This document shows, in pieces, positions 38,125 to 51,446 of a DNA stretch of 64,000 nucleotides. The DNA is taken from assembly GCA_010909165.1 (NCBI GenBank), contig VJWM01000103.1, positions 124,001 to 188,000 on the forward strand, read 5' to 3'. A program made the position numbers and the translations under genes. Below the pieces are notes generated by a model that saw nothing but the letters and a program-made list of their open reading frames with translations, ran no database searches and was not told where the DNA came from. This stretch comes from Anthoceros angustus. Its lineage: Eukaryota > Plantae > Anthocerotophyta. Numbering within the stretch: position 1 is the stretch's first letter; the number at the start of each line of letters is the position of its first letter.

Positions 38125-39526
38125 CCTTTCACGATAACCCAAGACTGCGCGAGCGATGCGCCCTTGCAGCGGACTGACCGGAACCGGATGAACTGGTGTA
38201 AGCACCAGCACAGCAGTGTACCGCTGTAATGTGAGTACAAATATGGCATTTGCTTCACAATTTCATCCCACAATTTCCGTCTTGTTTGATTTTACATGAA
38301 AACACTCTGATTCAGCGCGACAAGTTCGGTGATCGTCGCCACGCAATGTCTCCAGAACGTTCCATAACCAGGTAAGTCTTCGCCCACATTCGCAGAAGGT
38401 GGGCGACTGTTCGTGCAGCTGTACTGGCTCTGTATGTTTGTGTCAGATGTCAACGTCGCTCATCACAGTATTAAGAATAGTAGTATTAAGGCCATTAGGG
38501 CACGGTTCAGTAGGTTTACATGTGAACACACGTAAACGTATCTAGGATACGGTTACTGAACGCCACAGCGTTTCGCTCAACACCTGGTCATGCACATAAG
38601 TGCACGTCCTCACACATATGTAATCTAATGATGATGTAATGCCCATAGGCATCCATCGCTCACGTCCATGAATAATCACATGGTATTAGGGCAGGTGCCT
38701 CGGGGCTACCTGACATTGTACCAAACATTCGCTTGAAATGATCAATGCCAGGCTTACAAAGACGGCATCGCCTTCAAGCAAGGGCTGCCGGAATTGCCGT
38801 TCAATTAGAGACCCAAAGAAGCTATAGAGAGCAAAGGTTTCTAAAAGAAGTTAACGGCAACCTCCTACATTACGCTTGGATTCGGACTTGCTCCATTCTT
38901 CTCCTGATTGCAGAAGAACTACATCTCAGAGGCTTCGTCGATCCAGCCGACTATGACTGGAGCTACGTCCAAGTAGCATACCTCTTCACATCATGATGAT
39001 CCATGATTACTTCTCACACTTCGAGATCACTTCACACCTGTCCACAGCACACATAAGAGATAAGATAGCAGCCCACTTGTCTAGTATATGCAGGCAACAC
39101 AATCTCATCGTCCTCCCAACTGACCAGGAGGTAACATAAATTCAGGACAGCATCATCAACAAACTAATCGCCCTCAACTACAACCCTAGAGAGCCAAACA
39201 CAAGCACGACTAGAAAATACCTAATCTCCATCACAATGAGATTGCAAATGGACCACCTCCTGAGGCACACTGTCCTAAGCCTATAACCAACAGAGACACA
39301 ACACAATTAGCCTGCACACACACAAAACACAAGCCCAAATGAGCACAATCAGCCTCATCAAAGAGGACCTCTTTGATGGACAGCAGCACAACTTCGCTGT
39401 CTGGAAGTTCCGCATCACCGAGATATTGAAAGAACGTAAGCTATGGGCCTACGTCGGGGGCATCGGCCACCCCCCGGTGATCACTGTATGGCCCGCAAGA
39501 GGCACTGCAGTACAAAAAGAAGAGTG

Positions 39527-41995
39527 CACTACTAGAAACAGGGGGTTGATGTTATGCTTTTTTGTTACAGTAGTTGTTATGGTCTTCAAAAGCGTAACAA
39601 ACTTTGGTTGGCATGGGAGAGAGACATGACATACAAGCCTAACTTTGTAACACTTTAATATTACACTTTTGGCATGGGAGAGAGGCATGGAATGGAAGTG
39701 CCACATGTTCAAAGGCAATTGGAAATGATAACATATGGGTCCCGCATCCCCACCCTTACATCTATTTCTGTTCTTCTTTGCTTAGTCTTGGTATCTCCTA
39801 TATCAAAAGAAAGCAACTAGAACATCTCACCAAACTTAACATTTATTACCTTCTCTCCTCTTTCTCCACATGAAAAAGTGCCACCTACTTCAACATTTAT
39901 CACATTCTCTCTTCTCTTTCCCTCCGCACATGCCTGGTCACTCAACTGTAATAATTTCTCTAGATTTTAATAATATTAAACTTTGGAGTGAAGAAATAAA
40001 ATAAATCGAATAGTAATTGAACCCTAGAAGTAAAATTTGAACTTAAAATTTAATATATTTAACTTTTAAATTTTAATATTAAAATATTCAATATTAGAAC
40101 CCATATCATCATTAAACCCTAAAGACTTTGAAATTCAAACTTAAAATATAAGAGTTGCAACCTCATAAACACCAAGAGACACTTGAAATGTAATAATTGT
40201 ACCTCATTAAACATGTTATCAGCAGATGCTCGGAAGGACTTCCCTCCTTTCTCTACATTTATCACTGATGGCTTTAGGGATTGCGAGGCATCTCGCCGAG
40301 AAGCGCCGCGTGCTTTTCGCCCGTCCTCCGTGACCCTCCATCTCCGAGTCCACTAGGCGTGGCTCGCTCTTGTTGCAGGAAGGGGCGGTGCTTGGCTACT
40401 GGCCCGCCCATGCATACGGGATTTCACATCGCACCAACCACCTTCACCATCGCGCGATGCGATTCCGTCTCGGCCTACTCCGGCTGTGGCTTCTTCGCTC
40501 CTCACTTGTGAGTGCGGCTCGCTTGACGCCTCGTGTCCACCTTGCTCGTTGTCCCCACGGGGTCATCGTGATTGCCACCATGACGCCATCCGTGACGCCA
40601 TGTTTGCCATTGCTCGCGAAAGTGGCTATATGGCACGGAGGAGGCGGGAGTATACTCTTCTTACAGTCGTTCAATCGGGCGGACTTATACCTTGTCCGTG
40701 GCGACGGTTGTGGTGGCGGATGTAGTGGTTACGACCCTGCACGTGACGCCACCTCCGCTCAGGTCATCACCAACCGCCCAGCCGCCGCTGCGCTCTCAAG
40801 GTCCATAAGTATAGCGAGGATGCAAGCGGGCCACCTCTTTATCCGCTTGCTCTAGAAGCGTATGGGGCAATGGTGAGGACTTTGACAAATTCATCAAGTC
40901 TTGTGCCAAAGCTTACCATGCGCAGTATAGTGTGTCGTCCTCTCAGACCACAAGATACTTCCGGCAGTGGTTTCTATTGTTTCAACGGCGCTCAACGGCG
41001 ATTCTCCATAAGGCGGCGACGGTGGGTGATGCCTTTTCCTCTTCCTCTGTGGTTTGCGGGCCGTTTATTCTACACATATGACATTGTGGAGTGCGATTGG
41101 TCACTTTAGGTAGGAGCTCGATTGCTCCTCTTCACTCCGACCCCCGGGTCCCCATTTGTTGTCCCTTCCTAGATGGTCTCTTTCCATCGTTCTTTCACCT
41201 CAATAAATCATCTCTATTGTCCTCATTAAACCCTAGGAGACTTAAAATATAATACCTAATTGGAGGTCTAGGAGACTTGAAATTTAAACTTCAATTATAA
41301 TAGATGGCTGTCTCAAACCCATCACATCCCGTGAGGAGACTTTGAAATTTAAATTTGTAATATAATATCCGCCACCTCATTAAACCCTATAAGACTTTGA
41401 AATTTAAATTTATAATATAATAATGGCCACCTCATGAAACCCCATGAGACTGGCTCCAAGTGAACCCGACCACATAATAGTAGCACCAGTACAGACCTTT
41501 TGCATTATTTCTAATTAATAGAACAGCTCTTGGACTCCAACCCGCACGCAGCACAACCGGGCTATGCAAGTCTAGTGTACCGACCAACTCACGCTGATTT
41601 TCATACAAGAAGCTTGTTCGTTTATAAATATATTCAAAACCTTTAAACATCATTGAAAACACCGTGTCTCCCCTCCGCGGGGTTGTAGCCCATGCGCGTG
41701 GAGGAGAGGCGCGCCATCTTGCCACACGAAGGGGAGGCGCGGATCCTTGGGGGACGGTGGGAGCTCATTTGTCAGAACCCGGGTTTTAAACCTTGATAAA
41801 CCCAGGTTACCAAACCTAGGACCAGACCTCAAGACCGTAACAAATTTGTTTGTCACGACCTTCATGTTACAATTTTATAACATTTGCTAGGCTCGGGACC
41901 CAAGCTGCAACCCGTAACAAATCCTCGCTAAACGTTACAAATAAGCCCAAAACCGTTATAAAAACTCGTAATATCAGCACCTTGTTTCTTCCCAC
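39527..41995. mobile_element. Non-autonomous CACTA element with 3-bp TSD (GTG) and a damaged right terminus
   Basis: Starts CACTACTAGAAACAGG after gtg (39524-39526). Ends CCTTGTTTCT-tcccac before gtg (41996-41998). Subterminal GTTAC/CGTAACA repeats occur at both ends. Removing the element restores the gag frame (KEEWEDKNQQ). Confidence 0.8.
40213..41215 (+). mobile_element. Degenerate, 5'-truncated CRE-like non-LTR retrotransposon inside the CACTA element
   Basis: GC-rich island with HHDAIRDAMFAIARESGY and a frameshifted (F.PLALEAYGAM..DFDKFIKSCAK) endonuclease tail. It is flanked by near-identical attgt(a)cctcattaaac at ~40196 and ~41216, a possible TSD. Confidence 0.6.
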
Positions 41996-44900
41996 GTGGG
42001 AAGATAAGAATCAGCAGGCTAAAAATATTCTCTTGCAATCAATGAGACTAGGCAATGTCTAGCAAATCGCAGGCGTAGAGACCGCAGCCGAAGCCTGGAA
42101 ACAGCTACATGATATATATGCATCAACAGATATCATGCATACAGTGCACACTATCAAAAACTTCTTCGGACTCAGAATGACTGAGGCTGACCAGGTAGAC
42201 CAACCTACAATAAATTTCAGGAGCTGGATGACAAAATTTACAGCCAACGGCTTTGCTATCACAGAAGACCTCTCTGCAGCTCTCCTCCTCTCCACCTTGC
42301 CCGAATCTTGGGTTAGCGTAGTGCAATCCCTGCAAGGTGTCACACCCCTCACAGTTAACAAAGTAATTAGCGCAATGCTGACTGAGGAGGCCAAAAGGAA
42401 ACTACATAACACCTCATTTACATGCGAACCCTCCTCCAGGGCGTTCTTCATAGGACATGGCAGATCTAGAGGTAGAGGGCGCAGAAACTTAAGAGGCAGC
42501 AATCGAGGCAGAGGTACCTATCCCAGCAGAGGACGTGGAAATTATAACTCTTCATGGAAACCAACATGTGGATACTGCAAAATCCTTGGACATACCTACG
42601 AAGAATGTAGGAAACGACAAGCTACAGCAAACCTAAGGCACCAGCAATCAGGGCAACTCACCCTCACCATGAAGCGCCACTCAAGGGCTTTCCTAACACA
42701 AGTGAGCCAATTATCTGGTCCATCCAGCCCTCCACCCTCAGCCCTAGTAGCCTCCTGCCTCTCCGCACATGGCCAACACGCTTGGTACATAGATTCCGGT
42801 GCCTCGCAGCACATGACACCAAACAAAGGTATATTTACATCCAACCTACAAGACTCCACATTTCGTTGCACTTGGGGGACGACTCTAAACACACTATATC
42901 GCCACGATGAGAGCTGAATATCGCTGACTCTACTCTACAAATATCAAATGTTTTACTGGTACCTGGCTTGACAAAGAATTTATTCTCAGTTCGGAAGGTG
43001 GATCAATCCGGCTGTTACGTTTGCTTTGGTGGAGGTCACTGCATTATTGAGACTCCACAAGGAGACCTCATAGCCACGGGGGACTTGAAGGACAACGACC
43101 TATACCACCTCAACGTCACAACCTCTCCAGCTGTCAACCCCTCTTCTCTCTCTGCAGCCACATGCACTAATCCGTCTTATTTGTGGCACGCGCGCCTTGG
43201 ACATATGCACATGCAGAGGATGAAAGACATGTTATCAACACAGGCAGCTGAAGGCATTCCACTTACCAGAATTGAGGAGTTTGGAATCTGTGAGGCTTGC
43301 TCCCTAGCCAAAAGTCATCGCTCTCCCTTTCCTGAAGGGTCTACAACCAGAGCAACCAGAAGGCTACAATTAGTACATACTGACTTGTGTGGCCCATTTA
43401 AGAGATCACTCTTTGGCCATCTCTACTTTATGCCAGTCATAGACGACTTCTCACGTTTCACGGTGATCTACCTGTTGAAACACAAGGCACAGTCCTTCAC
43501 CTGCCTCAAGGATTATAAAAACTGGGCAGAAAAGCAAACCGGAGAAAACTTACTTTGCATCCGCACAGACGGAGGCGGTGAATTCAACTCGCACCAGTTC
43601 TTGCAATTTTGCAAAGACCACGGGATCAGCAGGCAGGTTACCACTTCACATACATCCCAACAGAATGGAGTTCAAGACTGTGGTCTATCCATGCTGATCC
43701 ATGCACACTTACCTAAAAGCTACTGGCCACAGGCAATGTCCCATGCAGTATACATACTCAACATGACCCTTACCTCCTCCCTGCTACAAATCACACCTTA
43801 TGAAGCTTGGACTGGGTCAAAACCTGACCTATCCACACTCAGAGTATTTGGATCCACAGTATATGCACACACCCCAAAGGCTGTCCGGACAAAGCTCGAC
43901 AATCGAGCACAAAAGTACATCTTCATAGGATTCACGGACGGGGTGAAGGGTACAAATTAATTCATCCACAGACTCACAGGATCATACACTCCAGAGACGT
44001 TATCTTCGTAGAAGATATGCAGGGCCAATCTTGAGTGGGAGCTTCATCAGACTCCCAACCTGTACAAACAGAGGACAATGATGAGGACGACATCAACCTG
44101 CCCGGAGCACCTCAGCACGACGCTCCTTCCCCTATCCCTCACCAGCAGGCCCCACAGCCGCCTCCACCCATGCCCCCTGCCACACCGGCTCCCCATCCAG
44201 GTGCCCATCCACTTCCTGCAGTGGCCACATCAGACCTCATCTTCGGCGATTTTGACTCCCAGGCGGTCGACTTCTCACCTGCCACAACGCCCTCAGGCTC
44301 ACACAGCAGTGCCCGCCCTCGGAACGACGGGGGAACAACAAGGCTCGACATCGGCCCGTGACGCCGACACCTCCCCACGCGGTAGCCCGGGGATCGAGGC
44401 GGTCGCAGCCCCATGGCTGCAGACCCGCTGGCGCGCCTCACCAGCAGGCACGCGCAGTGATCTCTTCACTAGCGCCCCTCAGGCTCACAGCCCATCGCCA
44501 CACACCGCATCTGGATCAGATCTCCCTCACGGAGGCATACTTCCTGGTTCTCGCGGCACAGCGGCAGCCATGGACGGCATGAGGCACGAACAAGCAAGCC
44601 TTCCTGCTCGAACGGGCACGGGTTCTCCTCCACATACGGCAAATGATCCCGAGTTTTCAACCACACATCGCTCAAAGCAGATCTCGTCATTATTCTGGCA
44701 CCCCAAAGGCAAGTAGAAGTATATATCCTAATTATTCTATTTTAGATACTTCAAATACATCAGATAATGCCGGATACGAGGATAGTCATGAGAAAGAATA
44801 TGAGGATACTTATGAGAACCCTCCATAACAACCTGATAGTACCAATGACACTAGGAGAAGACGATCTCAGCGTACCAATGCCGTCAAAATAAATAGGTAT

Positions 44901-45261
44901 TCTCCTACTAACTGGAAAGATCCCAAAAATACTTCAGCATATTGTCTTACCGCAGCTATAGATCAGTTTGTTCCAGCTAGTTATCAGGAGGCCATCACTT
45001 GCCCGGAAAAGAAGAACTGGAAGAAAGCCATCAGGTCAGAATTAGACTCACTAAGAGCTAATAAAACTTGGATACTATCTACATTACCTAAGGGTAGGAA
45101 GTTAGTTGGTTCTAAATGGACTTTTAAGATTAAGTTAAACGCGAACGGCAGCAGGTCAGCGATGGGGCCGCTGTGATGCACAATGTGGGCATATTGCTCG
45201 AGAACTTGGCTACGTTTTCAGATGTAGAATTGCCCACTTCAATTCTAATAGCAAGGCTAAG

Positions 45262-48200
45262 GTGTTAGATGCTTTTTCCAGGCTTCGTGGCCTCAAGGAA
45301 TTCTTCCCTGCCGTTGCCGTAGGGGTGAAGGCTCAGAATGCCACATCCCTCGCTTTCCTAAACATCAGGGCGGCCATGAAAAAGCTGCAGAGTGTACAAG
45401 CGTCTGATCACTTGAAGGCAAGACAAACCTTTATGAATATTGTGCTAACCGACGACGTGAGGCAAGCAGCTGGAGCAGCTGCCTTGGGCCGAGTCCTTGG
45501 GGTCAGCAGGCGAGTTGTGGCACGCCATCTTCAAACCCGCGGCGATTTGCAAAGTGCACTAGAGGAGGCGGTGTGGGTGGGGGAAGGCTCGTTCGATTGT
45601 TTGCCCAAGGGGTTAAGGCTTTTGCAATTTTGGGAGTCGGCCAAGGCCTTCCTCCAACTCCAAGGATGCGGCGGCGTGGTGGCTCCTCTTGTCTTCCGCA
45701 CGCATATCATCCATTTCCTAGATACCTCTCAGGTGATTCAGTTCACGCAATTTCTCTTCTTTGCTTCCAGCGGTGCGCTGCACTTGGTGGTGGCGTCTCC
45801 TTGCCCAGTGCAGGCTATTCTATGCTTACAATGAACACTGCCACTAACCCTTTAACTGGTTTCAGCAAGCCCGTCGGGATCATCACTATATGTGGCTGCT
45901 CGTCACTTGACCTGCTTCACTATCTCTTTGCTTGCGCCATCTCCTAGTCATTTGCCCTAGCTATTGCTCATTTGCTCTGGCTCCAGGTCATTTGCACTGG
46001 CTACTGCTCATTTGCTCTGGCTCCTTATCATTTGCTCTGGCTCCAGGTCATTTGCACTGGCTACTGCTCATTTGCTCTGGCTCCTTCTCATTTGCTCTGG
46101 CTCCTTCTCATTTGCTCGGCTCTGGTCGTTCACAGCTCTGCTCATTTGCCACGGCTCGATCATTGGCTGGCTCCGCTCCTTTGCCATGGCTCGATCATTT
46201 GCTCTGCGTGCAATGTTCATTTCTTGTAGCTCGAGTTCACTCGAGGATATACAAGGCTCACACCTTTGTGAGTGGGGCACTTCATGTGGCTCTGTGTCCT
46301 TTGTGCACCGCTCCACTCTATCTACTTTGTTTGGTCACATCTTGGTGTCCCAGCTTTTAGAGGAGATGTTCTGAGCATGCATTGTCGTGAGTGATGTGCG
46401 AGAGTTTTTGCGCTTTCAAAGGAGAATCCGGATATCAAGATTGGCCAACGAGCATTCGAAGCCCTTCTTCATCAAATCCTTGCAAGAGAGAAATGTCTGT
46501 TGTTGCAGGTACCATGTCGAGATGGCATTTTTGAAAGACGCTCAGATACGCTGCTCACGATGCCACATCAAAGGTGCACCTCGTGTGCACGTGTACCTGT
46601 GGAGTGTGTGGAGAGGAACCCGAGGAGGGGGACAAGTGCCACGCAGCGCGGAGATGTTTTCATCCGTCCAGAGATGGTGCACTGTTTTATGCCCTAGAGC
46701 ACCGGATGAGGGGCGGCATAGGCGAAAATGTTTGCTTGGTAAATGCAGCCTGTGGAGTTTCAAGCGGCCCTCTGTCCTAAGGAGGTTTCACAAGCATTTT
46801 CGGAGATGAAGTGGCGGTGCTTGAATATCGGAAGGTGGGAGTGAATGAGGACGGAACCTCCAAGTCGAGAATAAAGCTAGTTCTGAAACCCATCCGTCGG
46901 CGATGATTGAATTTCTTAAGGATAAATTGATTGCTTTTCATTTCACATGACTACGTCCAAAGATGGCAAGCCACAGGTTTGAGTGCATTGATTGGTTTCG
47001 AGGATGTGATAGTTTCTATTATGGACTTTTCGCGAACTATGCTTTTCAAGTTCGAATGAGATACAATCAATGCGGCATAGTGATCAAGTTACTATTCTAG
47101 TTCATGTTACATATATGCGGATGGGGCGGTGGTGGAGGAGGACCCCCTATAATGTTCAAGTTTTACCACTTTTACATTAGTGATGACATGCGACATGACA
47201 CTCTCTTTGTCCGGCATGCCCTTATGCTACATTGGGATGCTCTTGTCAAATGGATACAAGAGTCCACGAGAGCATTGGATGTGGTCGGATGGTGCGACCG
47301 CAATTTAAGGCTTGCGGACCAAGCTATTTTGTGGCGGTACCCAAGTCTAAGGAGGATGCGAGAATCTTTGTGGAGCTATTTTGGGTCGAGCCACGGAAAG
47401 GGGAGCGAGGCGGTGCCATATTAAAGAGGGCACTACGTCGAAGCTCACCTTCATCGACAAGGCTGCAGTGCAGCGGATTGTCGACTTCTGCGGTCCAGTA
47501 TATCCAATGGGTGCATCCTCCTATGCAAGTGGAAAAGGCGGTGCAAAGGGTTTTTGGTTGGTGGGAAAGAATGAAGTCAACGCGGCGGTGGGGTGTGCAC
47601 CAATCCGGGTTCTAAAGGCATGCACAACATATATGGTGACTCAGTGGATGCAACCAACCCTCGGCTCAAGATCACGGCATCTTGCGTGTTTTTGTGCTGT
47701 GTGCATGGCGGTGACCATGGAGCATGTGAGGCAGTGCCCTATACGGGCATATGGCATTGATTACTCGAGGCGGACGGTAGGGAGGATGCGAGATGGTGCG
47801 ACCGCAATTTAAGGCTTGCGGACCAAGCTATTTTGGGTCGCCACATGCGGTTGGTCGGATGGGCCGCCTGATCCTGCTGCTAATGGTGTTGCTAGTGAAG
47901 ATGTCTCTGAAATTGCAGACCTCTTGGAGCTTGGAGACAACTTTGTGGTGCGTGCAGATCCCAGGGGCGAAGGTTCAACTTTTTATTTGGCAAAGTGCAC
48001 TATTGCAGTGCATGTGACCACGGAGCACATTACTTGTCCCTGGAGCGGACAAAATTTCCTCCTGTGGATAAGGTGGTTGTGGGCGATACTCGGGGTTGAG
48101 CGGATGGTTGTGTGTACACTTTGGATCATGAGGCTGCGGAGGTCACCCTTCTTTCATCCTACGTGGAGACCTGCAAGTTCCCACTTTTGGAACGCGTGGA

Positions 48201-48268
48201 AGGAGGCCGACTAGTGTATGTGCTTGACTCAGACACGGTCGAGTCCTTTGTACATATGCCAAACCTGA
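45262..48268 (+). pseudogene. Frameshifted Sola2-type DDD transposase
   Basis: Ordered motifs: CCCRYH (46498), CP...CLLGKC, HDYVQRWQ, D-F-x-E-N-Y (~47020-47040), DQVTILVH, YISDDMRHD (~47173-47200), WSDGA..QFK (~47282-47309), WSYFGSSHGKG (~47371-47403), CFC..C and a C-terminal GDNFVV.A...FYL..C domain. Confidence 0.65.
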
Positions 48269-48975
48269 AATTGAAATGACCTTGACAAACTTGTAAATAC
48301 CATGGTCTGGTTGCACAAGATGTGGCCATATTCACACGCTGTGATGTCCCTCTCCACTCTGCTTGGGATCTGGAGCACTTTGCTTGACTTGCGACCTTGC
48401 GGTGACAATGTCCAACTTAAGCGCCTTTTTAAAACCCCATCTCGTGGAAGACCTTGGAAGAGCCCAAGATTGATGCAAGTGAGCCATGGCCACGGCGTCG
48501 GTCGTCTTGTGTGCATGGGTGTCGGTGCGATGGCGGATGCGATGGCGAGCATGGGTGTCGGTGCGATGGCGGTAGCGTGTCGGCGATGGCGGCGCATGGG
48601 TGTCGGTGCGATGGCAGGCATGGGTGTCGGTGCGATGGCGGATGCAGATGGTACGCGGAGACCATTCATGGCTCGGGCAGCCTACTGGGCAAGTGTCCGG
48701 GAAGACTTGCGTAGTCGTTTGGTGGTCATGCGGCAACCCCAGATCCAAAAGGCGCAACTGATGCCGGAAAGGGTCGCCACGGCCAGCGAGGCATCAGTGA
48801 TCACGTGCGTCGGTGGCCCACCAGACGATGAGGCTGAGGATACACAATCAGTGAAGTCAAGCTAGTCTCTAAGAAGGGACCAAGAAACGGGCCATCTAGT
48901 GTTTGGGAGAAGTTCGTTATTTCCTGGCACATGTTTGTTCTTGCGTGTTTAGGCGTGGTGTGTGTTGGAAGGAAG

Positions 48976-51274
48976 AACACCATAATTCTGTAAGGAGGTT
49001 AATATACGAACCCCTTTCTTTTAGTTGTGAACCCCCTTGACGAAATCGACACAGTCCTTAAAAGAGGGTTTTAGCCCGTTGTTCAAAATGACATTACCCT
49101 TGTTGTTCCGTCCACAAACAGAAAGTCTGCATTCTTTCCATTGACATGATAGAGAGCCTGTCTAGGGCGCCAGCCGGCCAGCGCCCTCCGTGATGTGTTC
49201 GTGGACACCATTCAATAAATTCAGATCAAAACTACATGGTTCTACTTTGGAAAGAAACAAAACCGAAGGTTGTGTGTGAACGCCAACATGGCAGCGTCCA
49301 CATTGACTAGGACAAAAATGGTAAACTTTAAAACAAGCATATGCAAGCGGCTACGCCGCGAATGGTCCCTCATGAGGACCAATCTGTAACTCATCCGGGC
49401 CTTGAGCCAACACTGAATGTATGACCACTTCTAAGTTCCACATGTGCTCCACTTCCGGATCATCAAAACCGTCGTTCTTGCCCATGGACTTGGTGTCTTC
49501 ATTCTCCCCAACTTCTGCCTTGTCAAGCACTTGCGTAAGCGTCCGGCAGTTGTGGTCGTAATCTATGCATCATTCCTTTGCCGTTTTGGTTTACGAGGAT
49601 GTTTTCGCCTGCCCGGGTTTTGGCTTTCACGGGTTTGAATCATTGCCTTCATCAAACAAGTAACCCATTCCCTCAACCGTTTGAATGTATGTTTCAAATT
49701 GAATGAGCAAAAATATGATATCTTTCACATGTCAAATCACAATGTACAGCCTTGGTCGATCGCAAAGATGGTGTCCAAGACTGAAACACATGCCTAGGAG
49801 CTATGAACTCCACAATATACTGGTTGCGGCCTCCAATGAGCTTGATAAAATAGAAGAAACTTGAGTGAGCCATAGCTCTCTTCACCATTTTGATTCCTTC
49901 ATAATTTGCAACCATTAATATATCGTTATATATAATTTCAAACTCATGATCAACGATTGACAGATATTTGCCATGATTTTGGATTTAAAACTACAAATTC
50001 TTAACTATGCTCGCCAAAATAAAGACATGTGAGTCAATGCCCAATTAGCTTTTCTATCAAACCATATCATCCGGATTGATAGCAGATGGACGCATGGGCA
50101 CGGGCATGCCATCGCCCTTAAAATCAACAAAGTTGGTTTACTGAGAACATTAAGTGGAGTGACCTCACGACCTCCTTACTTCGACATAATTTCCCAACCA
50201 CTCAAACAACTATGCCAAGCTATAAAACCTATTGAGCTGCTACTTATTTATTTTATCTGTAAGAGCCAAAGGAGGACATGCATGGGGAGGGCGCCGGCCG
50301 GCCGGCGCCCTTGGGGAGGCCGTGCATGGGGAGGCGCCGGCCGGCGCCCATGGGCGGCGTGCATGGGGAGGCGCCGGCCGGCGCCATGGGCATGGCGTGT
50401 TGGGGAAGGCGCCGGTCGGCCGGCGCCCATGGGCGTGCATGGGAAGGCGCCGGTCGGCCGGCGCCATGGCGGCGTGCATGGGAAGGCGCCCGGTTGGCGG
50501 CGCCCATGGCGGCGTGCATGGGAAGGCGCCCGGTTGGCGGCGCCATGGCGGCGTGCATGGGAAGGGCGCCGGTCGGCCAGCGTCCTCTTTATGGATGAGT
50601 ATTTTGAAACTCTTCTCTCATGCCACGGTTGCACCCATATTCTAAAAAACCTATGAACTTATTTTCATTCATTCATTCGTAATATACTATGTGCAGCTTT
50701 GTTCTTGAAGAATATATGGGCATGTTCAAGTACCCGCCAAAACGTGGAGCATAGCATTACTTTGAGACTGTTGTGTAAAGAGACGCGATGTTGCACGCGA
50801 ATAAGGAGTCGGTCTACAAGTCAGGTCCCAAGACGTCGGTCGGCCGACATCTTGTGACTCAAATTGTCAAGAATGAGGGTCTCCTCAGGAGTTGAGGACC
50901 CTCAAAATCCAATGGTCATGATTGTTCTCAAAGTCTTGTGTGAAACCCGAAGGTGGAGGCTATTCTTACCGTGCTTAGTCATAGATTTGTCGTAGAATGC
51001 TCATAATTTTACAACTTTACCGGCACTAATGGTCCTCATACATGGGCGTTAACTAGGCCTAAACTGAAGGACAATCTATGGTTCCATACCCTTTGCCGGC
51101 ATGATATGGACATGAATGTTATGTTCAGCGCAAGTGTCCACCCTTTTTCTAAGGCCTTTTTCGGACCAAGTGCCAGAAAACCCTCATTTAAGACCCATTG
51201 GAAACCCCCTTAGGCGTATAAAAGACAAAAAACCCCCATAGTGTATATTAACCTCCTTACAGAATTATGGTGTT
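48976..51274. mobile_element. 2.3-kb non-autonomous TIR element with perfect 32-bp TIRs and 4-bp TSD (GAAG)
   Basis: AACACCATAATTCTGTAAGGAGGTTAATATAC at 48976-49007, exact reverse complement at 51243-51274, and gaag at 48972-48975 and 51275-51278. A GC-rich minisatellite lies at 50278-50580. Confidence 0.9.
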
Positions 51275-51446
51275 GAAGGCTCTCCCTGTGTACATGCGGG
51301 AGGCGCTATTGTTTCACTAATGAAGCACTTCAAAATTGTCCAGCATTCTATCAAGTATGTCAAGCGGTGTCTTTTCTAGTCTCTCCATTGTCCGGTTGTC
51401 TAGCCACCTACAGTTCAGCGTTTGACATGTGCCTCTAGGGCTTCCT

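Larger units (their letters stand above)
35830..38469 (-). repeat. Left arm of a ~2.6-kb inverted duplication (partner 58914-61529)
   Basis: Near-identical reverse complement covering the peroxidase gene, its upstream 58-bp repeats and the downstream (CTT)n/(AAG)n tract. Confidence 0.92.
38469..45152 (+). mobile_element. Ty1/copia retrotransposon, 3'-truncated in RT and interrupted by a CACTA element
   Basis: Putative 5' LTR 38469-~38680 and PBS-like tggtattagggc at 38681-38692. gag starts at 39339 and resumes at 41996. Zinc knuckle CGYCKILGHTYEEC, protease WYIDSGAS, LWHARLGH, integrase VHTDLCGP/RTDGGGEF/QQNG, and RT start (WKKAIRSELDSL..NKTW...GSKWTFKIK) ending abruptly at ~45152. Confidence 0.9.

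Noticed and set aside
48302-48865. 187-aa ORF with MGVGAMA repeats
   Set aside because: The open frame is largely explained by a tandem repeat at ~48513-48640; no family recognised.
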